Assembly (NCBI GenBank): GCA_000388065.2
Contig: KB932202.1
Strand: one strand, 5' to 3'
From: Fonticula alba ATCC 38817
Lineage: Eukaryota > Protista > Nucleariida
DNA length: 52,955 bases
Below the pieces are notes generated by a model. It was not told the DNA's origin, made no database searches, and saw only the letters and a list, made by a program, of their open reading frames with translations. Each line of letters starts with the position of its first letter. Within the stretch, counting starts at the first letter, position 1. Positions 35,640 through 48,620 of the stretch are shown piece by piece. Position numbers and translations under genes: made by a program.

Positions 35640-38442
35640 GGCAAGAGAGAGGGCAGGAGGGGGGGGGGGGCAGGAAGAGCGGAGAGGGGGAGGAAGAAGA
35701 GAAGGACCGAGAGGGAAGTGCGAAATCGAGAGCCCTACCTCACCCGAGCCGGCTGGCTATTGCCGGAGGGAGAGGGAGAGGGGAGGGGGGGAGGGGGGGG
35801 GGGGGAGCGTGTTGGTGGCCGTCCTTCCACGCCAGCCGTCCGGGGAGGGAGGAGGGAGAAGGGGGGCGGGAGGGCAGCCCGATCGCCCGAGGGGAGTCCG
35901 GGGAGGGGAGGGCGAGACAAAAAAGGGACGAGAGACAGAGGCAGAGGGGGGAATGGGGGGGGGGGAGGCTACGCTTGTGGAAGGAGGGAAGGAGGAGGGG
36001 ATGGAGCCGGCTGACGAAAAGCCGACCGCCGCATGGGGCACATGGTGGCCCCTCTCGAAATCTACGCCACAGGATCCCCTGGACCGGGGGCGTCTCACGA
36101 ACTCACGAACTCACCTCCCCCGTGGTGGAGGGGAAGGGGGGGGGGGGGCCGAGGGGCAGGGCCATGCCTTTGCCTTCCTCCCCCGGGCGGAGGCCGCGGG
36201 GCCAGCCCCCCTCGGGCCTGTGCGCGCGCGCGCGCGATGCTCCGAAACACGGGAGAATGCGGGACCCGGGGGAAGGGCACGCACGCCAGGCCGATGAGAG
36301 CTGCCCTGTCGCGAGAATTCCTCCGACGGCCCGCCCCGGTGGTACCCTCGGCTGCGGCCGTGCCTAGAAACCCGGAGGCAGGACGCCGCCGCCCCATCGG
36401 GCGCGCATTCTTGCCGGTGGCTCGCAATGGCACGCCGGCCGCGGCGTCGGGTCCGATCTACCCAGTGCGCGCGCGCACGCGCGCGTGTGTGCGGCTCAGA
36501 CGGGGAGGCCCGGCCAGCATGAGCCGAGCCGCAAGGTCGGGCGCATCCCCCGCGGCAGTCTCCTCCAATCTCTGGGCGACAAGGGAGACGCCGGGCGCGG
36601 CGGGGGGGGGGGGGCGGCGGCGCGGCGCGTGCTTCCCTCGGCATAAATGGCCCCCAGTCCGGGGGGGGCGGGCGGCCTTCGCCCAGGCGGGCGTGTAAAG
36701 GATCAGGCACGAGCAGGCCGCAGGGGGGAACGGCACGCATGCACACATGTGTGGTGCGCGAACGAGGATGTGCCCCCCCCCGCCCCCCGGCCCGAGCCCG
36801 TCCACAGGCGATGAGGGTGCAGGGGGCCGGTGGCCCCGAAAGGGACGCCCAGCGAGGAAGGTGGCAGCCGCGCCACCAAGAAGCGCAACTCCCCCCCCCC
36901 CGCAAGGTGCTTCTCCCCCGGGCGGGGGGATGACAGTGGTGCGTGTCGCGCCGGGCGAGTTTAGCCCCAGTCTCCCGGGCAGTTGGCTGCAAGGCCACGT
37001 CCTGCGCCGGCGGCCCGGCGGCGCGCACGCGCGTGCCTCCTTCCGGATCCCGAACACGCCCCGGGGCCGGTGTTCCCCTCCGAGCGGCGATGCGTCCGGA
37101 CGCCGGAGCCGGGGAAGGCCCCCCCCCCCTACCAGCCCCCTGGCAGCGGAACGAAACACTTTGTGCCCCTGTTTCTGTCTTCCAGAAGCAGGACCAGCTT
37201 CTTGGGCGGGAGGCCTGTGTGTTTTTTTTATTCCGCATCTCGCCCCCGGGGCGGCGGCCCCTCGGCCCGGCTCCAAGACACGCGGATGCCCGCCTGGTCA
37301 CAATCCCCCGCTCCCCCCCCCCCGGCCAGCCGGCCGGCACTGGGTGCAGACAACAACACCAGTGACCAGCCTAAGCGCCGCATCCGTCCATCGTCCCGGG
37401 CGGGAGTTTCGGCTCACGCCGGCCCCCCTCCGAAAGGGGGGACAAAGAGGGGACACCGCCCCGGGCTCGGTGTCCCGAGGGAGCCAGCTGGCCACCGCCC
37501 TTTCGAGAAGCACGAGAAAGCCCAAGGCTGTCGGCCTGCTCGGGGGTGCCGGTGTGCCCATCGGAGGGCGTGGGCCCCCCCAGGCACTCCCGTCGACAGA
37601 AGTGAACCGTACAGCCTTATCCGCACCCAACCCGGTCGGAAGGGCAGCAGAAGAGACAAATGCCCAGGCCCGAAGGAGCCGAAAGCGCTCATGCTGGGGA
37701 AGGCACACAGGGAGGGGCGGGGGGGGGGGAGGGGGAGGGGGTTAGCCACCCCACCCGGCCCGGGGCGTGATGGGCATTTGTAGGGACACGCCGCCCGGGT
37801 ATGCCGTCGGGCCCGACAGCAATTGCCGGCCCAACGCGAACAATATGCAGAGCACAATAAATATATAATTTATTCTTATAATAATATGGCTCATCCGGCG
37901 TCTGCGCCCTCCCCCCGTTCCCACCAAGGGCGGTCTCTCCTGCCCGGAGCGAGAGTGTAGGGGGGAGGGTGGAGCATTTCGAGGTGCGCATGCGCTGTGG
38001 AGGGGACTTCCTCCTCGCCCCGCCCCCCCCCCCCTGTGGAAGCAGTTGCCATCGTACAGCCTGCGCGCAGGGGGGCCCCCCGCGCCGGTGCGTCGGTCCC
38101 CGGCCCGCGCGCCCGGCCGCGCCGAGAAGCCGCCAGGCAGAATGAACCTCCGCACCGCCTGCGCTGTTCCAGACCATCTGGAGGTGTGTACCCTCCGGAG
38201 ATGCTCGGTGTTCGGTGCACGGCCCATGGGAGCTCTCACGCATGTGCTGCTGCAGGCACGCGCACGCGCTGACCTGTGAGCCCCCATGCGAGCGTGTCCC
38301 CCTGGCCCCCCCCCGGCGGCCCCCTCCTGCCGGGGCCGGCCCGAGCCCGGTGGGGGCGAGGCGGGGGGGGGCTCACGCACATGGGCCGACAATTTATTGG
38401 AGCGGACGTGAATGTTCCCTCGCCCACACCAACGCCGCCTCG

Positions 38443-38444
<2 letters not shown>

Positions 38445-38501
<57 letters not shown>
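38445..38501. repeat. (GCC)x19 trinucleotide repeat, intergenic
   Basis: Direct observation; a shorter (GGC)n lies at about 48016-48050. Confidence 0.9.
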
Positions 38502-38503
<2 letters not shown>

Positions 38504-39744
38504 TGCCGTCCCTCCCCCCCCCCCCCCCCCCCCCGGGGCACCCCACCGCCCCGTCACCCGACCCGCGGGGCCCCCAAGAGGGCGGAGCCGCCAGGCGATG
38601 GGGAAGAAGGGGCCCGGGCCCTGGGGCCGACACTTCCTGCCTTGTAGAAGATGCCGCTGCTGTTGCTGCTGCGCGCGCCCCGCCTCCCCCCTGCTGCTCA
38701 GCCCCCCCCCCCCATGGCGTGTGAATGTCTCTGCTCAACGTCGCGCACTGCTGCGCCCGGCCGATCGGCACACCTTCCTCCGCCACATCCGGGGCCCTCG
38801 TCCAGTCATGCCCTGGGCCCCCCGGGCCACGGTCGGCCCGGTCCCAATGTGCCAACTTCTCCCGGCCCCGGGGCCGGGCCGGGCCGGGCGGGGGGGGGGG
38901 GGGGGACCCTGCCGGGCCCGGATGAGAGCCGGGGCCGCCGCCCCCCCCTGGCTCTGCGCGCCCCCCCCCCAGGTGCCTTCCCTTTGTCGGTCTCCCGGCC
39001 GGCCCCCCCCCCCCCCCCCCCCCCCGGGGGGAGGGACCAAAACCCCCCCCCCCCCCCCCCCCCCCCCCGAGCCCCGCTACACCTTCATAGGTCCTCCTCT
39101 CCGAGGGTCACCGGCATTGCAGACGCCTTCAGACTTGCAGCCGGGAGAGAGATATGGATGGCGAAAATGCGAAGCCCGCATTCCTGCTCCGGTCACGAAG
39201 CATTGGCCGGATCACTTGCACGACATTGGCGCGCGCGGCGCCAGAGCCGCCCGGAAAAGCGCTATCACCAGTGTGCGCTATTGGTGAGGGGAGCACCACT
39301 TTCAGGAACCCGTGACAGCATCACACGGTACGGATCGCCCTTCCACAATTGCCTCGCCTCCGACCGCCGCCCCATCCCCCTCGGGTCCCAGGCGTTCATG
39401 CACACACGCACGCACGCACCCACGCCGGGCATCGGGTCGCCGCACACCAAGGATGGCAGGCCCGCTCCGCGCCTGCCTTCCACCGTCGCTCGGTTGCCGC
39501 CCACCTGGTCCGCCGCCCACCTGGTCCGCCGTCCCCGGCCCCGATCTCAGCACAAATAGAACATTATTGGTTGCCCAAGCGAAGGGGGAAGTCGCTGAGG
39601 AAAAGAAACAAGATACTTTATCCGGGCTTGCATGCAGCCGAGAGGTCCCCCGCCCAGAAAAAAAAAAAACATGGGAAGGAGGGAGGGAGATACAGCAGTC
39701 GGCAGACACACCGCCCCCCTCACCCGCCGGCCTTTCCGCCCTCG

Positions 39745-40313
39745 TTACATGTGCAAACACCGCAACGTTGTGTTTGCATCAAGGGAGTTCACCAGAGCAC
39801 GACGAACAGCCTCGGGGGACCCGTTCATGGCCCTCGAATCATCCTCGGCAGAAGAAGAGACATCTGGGCCATCACTGTCGATCGGCCAAGAGAAGACGTT
39901 TGCTAAGGTGCATCGACACCATCGTCCCGGCACACGCAAGGAGGGCATGTAAGTTGTCTGATGGCCATTTGTGTGTCTGGCGGGGGGAGAAAAGGAACCC
40001 CTGAGGGAGGGGCTCGATCGGAGCGCAGGGGGAAAAAAAAACGCACAGGAAAGGTCAATAGTATGAAGGGTGGAGTTCTGGGCGAGGACCTCGGCAAGGT
40101 GCGGGAGGATATCCTCATCGATCTGGTTGCCTGGCGGCCCGGGCGGATGGATCCAACAAGGGAGGCAGATGCAGGTCAGGGGCCGGGTCGGGAGATCAAG
40201 CAAAGGATGCATGCGCATGAAAAGGCCCGATCCTCGGTCTCCATCGCGAAGCCCCGGAGCATTCATACAGGCGCATACCAAAGAACCTCTTTATAGATGC
40301 ATGGATGTGTGCA

Positions 40314-40345
<32 letters not shown>

Positions 40346-42022
40346 TGTGTGTGTGTGTGTGTGTGTATGGATGGACACATACCTCGAAGAGACAGAGACT
40401 CGAGAGAAGTGTTCTCCTTCAAAGCGCCGAGCAGCAAAATGACGCCTTCCGAAGCAATGCGATTGACTGGGACGTCCGCTGTCAGTAAAGCCGGCCACTT
40501 GCATGTGCGGATTTGCACGGGCCCGGAAAGGGAAAGAGGGAGCAGAGAAAGGCCCAGCATGCTCTACACGCACAGTCCAGCTGCAGAGACTTCAACTGGG
40601 CGCCACGCTGCAGGGCGATGGCCAGAGCCTGCAGGCCCACGCAGGAAATGCCGTTGTCCGAGAGGTCAAGGTGCTCGACAACCGCTCCGCGGAGCAGCGC
40701 CGCCGCCAGCTGCAGAGCTCCCATGTCACCCAGCATATTGTGAGGAAGGGCCAGCGACCGAACGGAGAGGTTCCGTGTCGGCCGGCAGGAGGCGGCGAAG
40801 GTAGGCTCGGCCTGGCGCTCAGCACCACAGGTCATCGGGGTCACCTTGCCAGCAAAGTGCCGATGGATGGTGAGATACTCCTCCGGGCGCCGCCGAGACC
40901 CAAGAGCCAGGCGCATCACCTCGTCATAGTCCGGCGGGGCCATCGATGCCGGGTGATGATGGCCGAAAGCCCGATGGGATGGGCAGCAGGAGGGATCCCT
41001 CACGGTACTGGTGGCAGTAGCCGCGGCCGGGTCGGACAGGTCCCCAGCAAGCGCCTCGGCCAATGCCAAGGCCCCCTGCGAGGTGATGCACTGCCCAGCC
41101 AGAGTGACCTCAGTCACGGAGGTGCACTCCCGCAAGGCGGTGGCAATGCTGCAGGCACCCTGATCGCCGATGAGATTGCCTGAACACGAGCCACATGCTG
41201 TTAGACGATGCATGGGCACTCCCCCCCCCCTCCCCGCAGAAGCAACACAGGGGGGAGGGAGGGAGAGAGAGAGAGAGGAGCGGCAGAGGGCGTGGTGCTC
41301 CCACCGCATTGCCAGAAGGGCACGTACCGGTGAGGTCGATGGAGCCGACACGGTGCGGACCGGACAGGAGATTGGCCAGCAAATCGACATCCGGCTGGCC
41401 CAGAGGGACGCCTGCGTGCGTGCGTGCGCGCGCGCGCGCGCGCATGGGATGCATTGCCAGGGAGCAGGGAGACAGGACGATGGCGAGGATCAGCGGGCAG
41501 ATGGGTCAGAGCCCGGCAATCGGCGAGGCGACGGGGCAGCCATGGGCTTTGCCCTGGGCGCGGGTTATCCTGCGGAGGGACGCACCACTGATGCTGACCG
41601 AGCCGTGGCGGGGGCCGGCAGTGGCGGCGGCCCCCGACGCGAGGGATGAGCCATCGGTCGGACGAGGCCCAAGGAATGCCTTGACAACATCCAGCACAGG
41701 GCTGGATACATGATTGTCAAGGCGACCACGTATATAGCCCTCCGGGTCGCCTGGGAGACAGGGCCCGCGGCCGGAGGAGAGCGACAACATGCGGTGGGCC
41801 AGGGTTAGGCACGGGTTCCGACACATGGTCGTACGCAAATCACCAACAGGAGCACGGTCCCTCGGTGTCTCGGTCTGCGCCCTCCCCCCCCCCCCCCCCC
41901 TGCCTCCCCTACGTGCCCGGAGTCCCCCCCCCCCCCCCCCCCCCTGCCCGGCCCTCGGGGCCGGGGGCCGAGGACACCGACAACGCACCATGACCCGAGG
42001 AGAGAAACTGGCCAAGTATCAT
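39745..42022 (-). CDS. Leucine-rich repeat protein, ribonuclease-inhibitor (28-aa) type; about 7 exons, both ends uncertain
   Basis: Exons 42022-41989 (tentative), 41750-41586, 41411-41328, 41179-40574, 40466-40383, 40130-40047, 39902-39745, all phase 1. Repeats such as IDLTGNLIGDQGACSIATAL, LDLSDNGISCVGLQALAIAL, LQLDFNRIASEGVILLLGAL, LSLRGNQIDEDILPHLAEVL. A further short 3' exon (possible donor GTAACG at 39748) cannot be excluded. Confidence 0.75.
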
Positions 42023-43056
42023 GCCAGGAGGAGGGCACACACGCGCGGGCGCGGGCGTTTAGCTCAGCGAGGCGACGCTGCTCAGGCGGCGAGCGCGACG
42101 GGAGAGAGTCACGGCGTAGGCCGTACGGCGGGGGGTGGCGGCGGCGGCGGCGGCGAGCGACGTCGTGGTGGTGGTGGCGGCGGCGACGGCGGGGGCGTCC
42201 GGTGTTGACAGGCGGCGACGACGACGGGCAGCCGGGAGGAACCCGGTGGAGCAGAGGTGGCCGGCGCGAGTGAGACTGAGTGGCGGGCGCTGAACGGACG
42301 CCCGAACGCGGAGGGCGAGATTCGGCTGTGACCGGCGGCAGAAGCGACTGCGGGACTGGGTACTCTCGGACTGGAGGGAAGGGCCGGTACTCCGAGGTGA
42401 CAGGTTGCCACGGGGCCAGGAGCGGCGGGCGCTGCGTGCGCGAAGCGAGCGGACGGCCGAGGAAGTCAGCGTGACGGTCCTCTCCGAGCAGGGGGGAGAG
42501 GGGAGGGGGTGAGCGGAGGGCTGCACGGGGGTGCGGCCGCGGGGACGGGGAGGGGGGCTGCTCCGGCGCCGTAAGGAAGCTGGCGCGGGGGAGACCGAGT
42601 CCGAGCTGCTCGGTGGCTCCGGCGAGATTCAGGCAGGTCCTTGGAGGGGGAGCCTGCCGGGGTGTGTGGGAGGGAGGTGGAGGGNNNNNNNNNNNNNNNN
42701 NNNNNNNNNNNNNNNNNNNNNNNNNNNNNNNNNNNNNNNNNNNNNNNNNNNNNNNNNNNNNNNNNNNNNNNNNNNNNNNNNNNNNNNNNNNNNNNNNNNN
42801 NNNNNNNNNNNNNNNNNNNNNNNNNNNNNNNNNNNNNNNNNNNNNNNNNNNNNNNNNNNNNNNNNNNNNNNNNNNNNNNNNNNNNNNNNNNNNNNNNNNN
42901 NNNNNNNNNNNNNNNNNNNNNNNNNGCGGGGGGAAGAAGCTGGGGGTGACTTCTTTCTGATGGATGGGTGTGTATGGAGGGGCGAGGACAGGCCCTCCGG
43001 CACGCAGGTGGGGCCAAGAAAAGTGGGCTCGTCCTTGGGAGAACGCGCGTCTTGCG

Positions 43057-43087
<31 letters not shown>

Positions 43088-44226
43088 TGAACATGCTCCT
43101 TCGGCAGGGGGAAGACACCAAGGAAAAACCGGCAAGTAAGCGGAGATGCCCTGGGGCTTCTCGGGTGCCGTGGCAAGCCGGTCACCGGGGCAACCAGACG
43201 GGGGGGGGGGGGAAGGGGGTTGGTGGCCAGAGGCGTGGCCCGCGGGCGGCGGGGCCCGGGCCCCAGGGGCGCTGGCACATCACCACTCAGGGGTGGGTGT
43301 GGAACACCGGCCACCGCTCGGACCGCCGGTTCCAGCACAGCAGCCCCAATCCGGCAACAGGGTGTGTGATCTTGTGCTCCCTTGTTGCAGATCCCTTTTT
43401 CGGCGCCCCCCCCCCCCCCCCCCCGCCCCGCGGACAGGCAAGCACCCGACCCTGGCTGGTGGCCCGATGCCGGCCCGGTTGGGTGCGTGCGCCGTCCGGG
43501 CGCGGGCCCCGGTGAAGGGGTGGCAGGTCAACCTGCTGGCCTCCCGGGCCCTGTCCCCCTGCCTGCGTGTCTCCTGCCACGGTAGGCCTCCGGCACGGGC
43601 CGATCATCGCGGCTGACCCCCGTATCGACGCACTTTCTGCCTGGGCAGCGATCGAGCAGCGCCTTTTGCCCCCCCCCCCCCCCCCCGCCCGTGAAACAAA
43701 CAATGTTGTGATTCTCACAAAGGGGGGAGGGGGGTTGCCTTGTGTGCTGGTGACCCCGAGGACCCCGACCTCTGGCCGGCAACTGGTGGTCCCTGGCGAG
43801 CCCGAGATCTGAGGTCATCAGATCCCCGGGAGGGTCCATTCTGATGGGACCAGCGTCGGCCTGCCCTGCGGCATGTATGCTTGGCAGGGCACATGCGTGT
43901 GTGTGCGCACTCGACGGGGACGGCAGCACGGCCAGCTGGGGACACGTAGCAGGAAAATGTGGTGTATTTGTGTGTGCGTGTGCGTGCGCGTATGATGGTG
44001 GCAAAGTGCATCAGCTTGCTCCTCCAGACGGAGCACACAGCAAGGCAGGCGCGGCGCGTCAAACGTATATGCATCTTTGGGAGAGAGGGAGAGGGAGAGA
44101 GAGAGCAGAAAGGGAATCCATGACCGAGGGACACAGGCACAGATCCTCCTTCGGTCGCTCGCGTTCGCGCGCGCCCTCCCCCTCCACCGCCCTCCCGCAC
44201 TCGCGCGTGGCGCGCCCTTCATCTGC

Positions 44227-47172
44227 CTACAAGCCGGCGGACTCCTTGGCCAGGACATTCTCCAGACCGTCCATGATGTCGAGCGCACACTTGGGAATGC
44301 GGGTGCCAGGCCCGAAGATGGCAATGACACCGTGCTGGCGCAGGAACTCATAGTCCTGGATGGGGATGACACCGCCCACCACGACGCTGATGTGCGGGGC
44401 ACCGAGGGCCTGGAGCTCCTTCACCAGGGCCGGGACCAGGGTCTTGTGCCCGGCGGCCTGGGACGACACGCCGATGGCATGGACATCGGCGTCCACCGCC
44501 TGGCGAGCCACCTCGGCCGGGGTGGCGAACAGCGGCCCGACATCAACATCGAAGCCCAGATCGGCCAGACCGGTGGCCACCACCTTGGCCCCACGATCGT
44601 GGCCATCCTGGCCCATCTTGGCCACGAGCAGGCGCGGCCGGCGGCCATGCTTCTCCTCGAAGGCGGCGGTCCGCTGGCGCGCGATGTCCAACTCCTCCGA
44701 GGCGCGGAACTCGTCGGCATACGCGCCACTGAGAATGCGCGTGGGCGGCTGGTAGCGACCGCCACCGCCACGCTCGATGGCCGCGGAAATCTCGCCAACC
44801 GTGCACCGGGCCCGGGCAGCCTCGATGGCCAGAGCCAGCAGGTTGTCCTCATCATTGGCATCATACTCGGCGCTGTCGTCCGCGGCCAGGGCCAGCCGGC
44901 GGCCGGCCGCCGCCTCCAGGGCAGCCAGAGCGGCATCCGCGCGGCCGGCATCGCGCTCGGCACGCACCCGCTGCAGGCGGTCCACCTGCTTGTTGCGAAC
45001 CGACTCATTGTCGATGGCCAGCACATCAACCAGCTCGGTCTCCTCCTCGGTCAGACGGTACTTGTTGACACCGACGACCACCTCGCGGCCGGAGTCGATG
45101 CGGGCCTGCTTGCGGGCGGCCGACTCCTCGATGCGGAGCTTCGGCATGCCGGAGGCAATGGCCTTGGCCATGCCCCCGAGGGACTCCACCTCCTCGATGA
45201 TGGCCTCGGCCTTGCGGACCAGCTCGTCCGTCAGGGCCTCCATGGCATAGGACCCGGCCCACGGATCGGCGATCTTGGCGATGTGGGCCTCCTCCTGGAG
45301 GATGAGCTGGGTGTTACGGGCAATTCGCGCCGAGAAGACCGTCGGCAGGCCGATGGCCTCATCCAGGGCATTGGTGTGCAGGGACTGCGTGCCGCCCAGG
45401 GTGGCGGCCATGGCCTCGATGGTGGTCCGGATGACATTGTTATGGGGATCCTGCTCGGTGAGCGACACACCGGAGGTCTGGCAATGGGTACGCAGCAGGA
45501 GGGACTTCTCGTTCTTCGGGGAGAAGTGCTTCTTCACCTGGGTGGCCCACAGACGCCGGGCAGCGCGCAGCTTGGCAATCTCCATGTAGAAGGACATGCC
45601 GATGGCGAAGAAGAACGACAGCCGCGGCGCAAAGGCATCAATGTCCAAACCGGCACGGACACCGGTGCGGCAGTACTCAATGCCATCGGCAATGGTGAAG
45701 GCCAGCTCCAGGGCACAGTCGGCCCCGGCCTCCTGCATGTGGTAGCCGGAGATGGAAATGGAGTTGTACTTCGGCATGTTCTGCAAGTGCCGATGCGCGC
45801 GTCCGGCCAGGCAAGGGCACATGCCGCATCATGTGGATGGGGAGGGGGGGGGGGGGGGGAGTATAGGTGAGTGGCCCGAGCGCCGGGTCCGGAGTTGGTG
45901 ACTTGCCCCCTGCCCCGGCGGTGGTCGCGAAGGATGGGCCCCGTCTGAATGCGTACCTTGGAGGTGAAGGCGAAAATGTCGGCAATCACCTGCATGGACA
46001 TGGCCGGGTTGTAGATGAAGGTGTTGCGGACCATGAACTCCTTGAGGATGTCATTCTGCACGGTACCAGCCAGCTCATCCAGCCGGGCGCCCTGCTCCTC
46101 GGCGGCCACGATGTACATGGCCAAGATGGGCAGAACCGCGCCGTTCATGGTCATCGAAACGGACATCTTGTTCAGGGGAATGCCATCGAAGAGAATCTGC
46201 AATTCCCCGGGGAGGGGGGGGGGGAGAAAAAAAAAGGTCAGCACGGGACAGGAAGAACGCGCGAGGTTTCAGTGGTGGGCGTGTGGGCCGGGTCTTTTTT
46301 TTTTCTCCTCCCGGGTGGGCCCACCCCCGCCGGATGCATATAGAGCCACGGACCTTGACATCCTCCACGGAGTCGATGGCTACACCGGCCATACCGACAT
46401 CACCCACCACACGAGGATGATCGGAGTCATAGCTGGCATGGAGGTCAGTCGCAGGCAAGGGAACTTCGAGGCGGGCATGAACACATGCCACATGCATGGC
46501 CATGATGATATGGGAGGGGATTGACGAACCCGCGGTGGGTGGCCAGATCGAAGGCCACACTCAGACCCTGCTGGCCGGCGGCCAGGTTGCGCCGATAGAA
46601 GGCGTTGGACTCCTCGACGGTGGAGAAGCCGGCATACTGGCGCACGGTCCAGGGGCGAACCGTGTACATGGTGGCATACGGGCCACGAGTGAAGGGGAAC
46701 TTACCGGGGAGCTCGCCCTCAGCGGTGGCCATCTGCTCGGGGGTCAGGTCGGCGCCAGCCGCGCCGTAGACCGACGCCGGCAGATCGGCCCGCGTGTAGA
46801 CCGGCCGCATGGGGATACCCTCCGGGGTCTGGAAGATGAGGTTGTTCGGGTCGCCACCGCGCATCTCCTTGGAGGCCATCTTGGACCACTCGGCATTGAG
46901 GGGACGCTCGGTCGAGGCGTCATTGGCACTGGAGGCGAACTGGGCGGAGAGTTCCACAGGGATTCCGGGCTGTTAGGGGACTTGGCCACGAGCAGTCGCA
47001 CCGGCGAAAGGAGCTGAGGAGGGGGGGGGAGGAGGAAAGGGGAAGGAGGACAGAAGCCGCGCAAAACAAGCCAGAGGGGGCGCACCATCCGGCGGGCAAA
47101 ATGAGGCGCGAGGGCGCCGGCGCTGCGCGAGGCCGAGGCCAGGCGCATCGAGCGGGCGGCGACGTTCAGCAT
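44227..47172 (-). CDS. MMUT: Methylmalonyl-CoA mutase, mitochondrial, adenosylcobalamin-dependent; 5 exons, about 799 aa
   Basis: Exons 47172-47086, 46969-46530, 46432-46354, 46196-45957, 45780-44227 (2400 nt). Motifs [76 protein letters not shown], and B12-binding [10 protein letters not shown] (DxHxxG); presequence [17 protein letters not shown]. Confidence 0.98.
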
Positions 47173-48015
47173 GGCTGACGGCTGGAAAGGGAGAAAAGGG
47201 GGGAGGGGGCGGAGAAAGGGCAGAGAGGGTGGTGGTGGGTCTCCCGACTGGATGATGGTTGTGCTCTGTCTCTTGGGGGGGGGGGGGCAGGATGCCGGAC
47301 GAGAGACTGCCCCAGCCAAACGCCGGGGCAACGCGGAAACAGCCCCGCCCGGAGCCCCCCTGACCGGCACTCCCTGGCAGGACAGGGGGATCAGCTGGCG
47401 ACGAGGGGAACATACAACCCCCCCCCCCCCTAGGCCCGGCTCCTTTGCGTTGGTGGAACACCGTCTCCTGTGCGCCGCCACACCTCCGGCCGGGGTTGCT
47501 TTCCCCCGGGGACCGCGCGTGCGCGACAGTCCCGAAAGGTTTCCATTTGCCAAGGGGGCGGGGGGGGGGGGGGTCTTTCCTCCTGCTGGGTGGGCGGACA
47601 TGCCGCGCCCGTTGGCATTTCACTCGCAGGTCCGGCTAATGAGCTAAGGTCCGGACGATAAACTCCGCACCGGCCCCCAATCGGGCGCGGGGCAGCCGGC
47701 GACAAGGGGGCGCGGGGGAGCCGGTGCGGCCGGCGCGGTCGCGTTGCCGTGCTGGGCCCCCGCCCGTTCTTCTGCCTCGGTGGGCGGACAGGGGAGGATG
47801 GCTTTCAAGATGGATTACGACGCCCTGGGTCATGGTTGGCCGGCCTTGCTGGCGGATTTCCCGGGGACATTTGCGAGAACAAGATATCCGGAAGCCACAA
47901 ATGCCATTCTCCCACGCCGGCCCCCAAAGTCCGATGCTCCGGGTCGTGCCTGGCGCCGGCCGGCCGGCATCTGGCCGGTGTTTTTTTTTTTTCCCAGGCC
48001 GCTCCGGGCCAGGTC

Positions 48016-48052
<37 letters not shown>

Positions 48053-48620
48053 ACAGGCAGAGAGGCCCGAGACCGGCTTCTTCCCCGGGCCTGTCTTCCC
48101 CGGCTCGGACGGGGCAGGGATGCCCGGCGTGAGGCCGCGCCTTTCCGGTGTTATTGTTGGTCTCCAGGGAACTCCGGCCTTTGCGGGGATGACTGGCAGG
48201 GTCTGCCAGCGGCGGGTGAGATGACTAGACCATTGGCCCCTCGGCCGGCCGGCCGGCCAGCCGCCCTGGCCCCCTCTCCGGAGACCCGGAGGATCCTCAG
48301 ACGCCCGCAGCTGGCTCGAGATCAGCGCCCCAGAGGCGATCTCGGGCGATCAGCCCCGGCCAGAGGCCCTCCTCCCCGGAGAACGGGAGAGGGGGGGGGG
48401 ACCGAGAGACGCAGACAGCCCCCGCGCCCATACCCGCGTTCCCCTCCCCGGGGACTGGGATGTCGCTCCATTTGTGCCAGCGCCCTGGCAAGCGTGCCCG
48501 CAGCCAGCGGGGAGATCACTCCCCCTTTCCTGAGCCGGTTCACCCCACCCAGCTCCTCTCTCTCTGCCCCCCCCCCACTTCTTGCCTGTTTCCCCGCCAG
48601 CAGCTTGTCTGCTCCCTTCC

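Noticed and set aside
26794-47172. Recent bacterial operon transfer as the origin of the PCCB/MMUT linkage
   Set aside because: Both genes have several spliceosomal introns, mitochondrial presequences and host-like codon usage, are on opposite strands, and are separated by eukaryote-specific genes.
47783-47990. Protein-like short frame MAFKMDYDALGHGWPALLADFPGTFARTRYPEATNAIL in the MMUT-PEPD spacer
   Set aside because: No recognisable motif or supporting splice structure, and it runs into T and GGC repeats; cannot be supported without transcript data.
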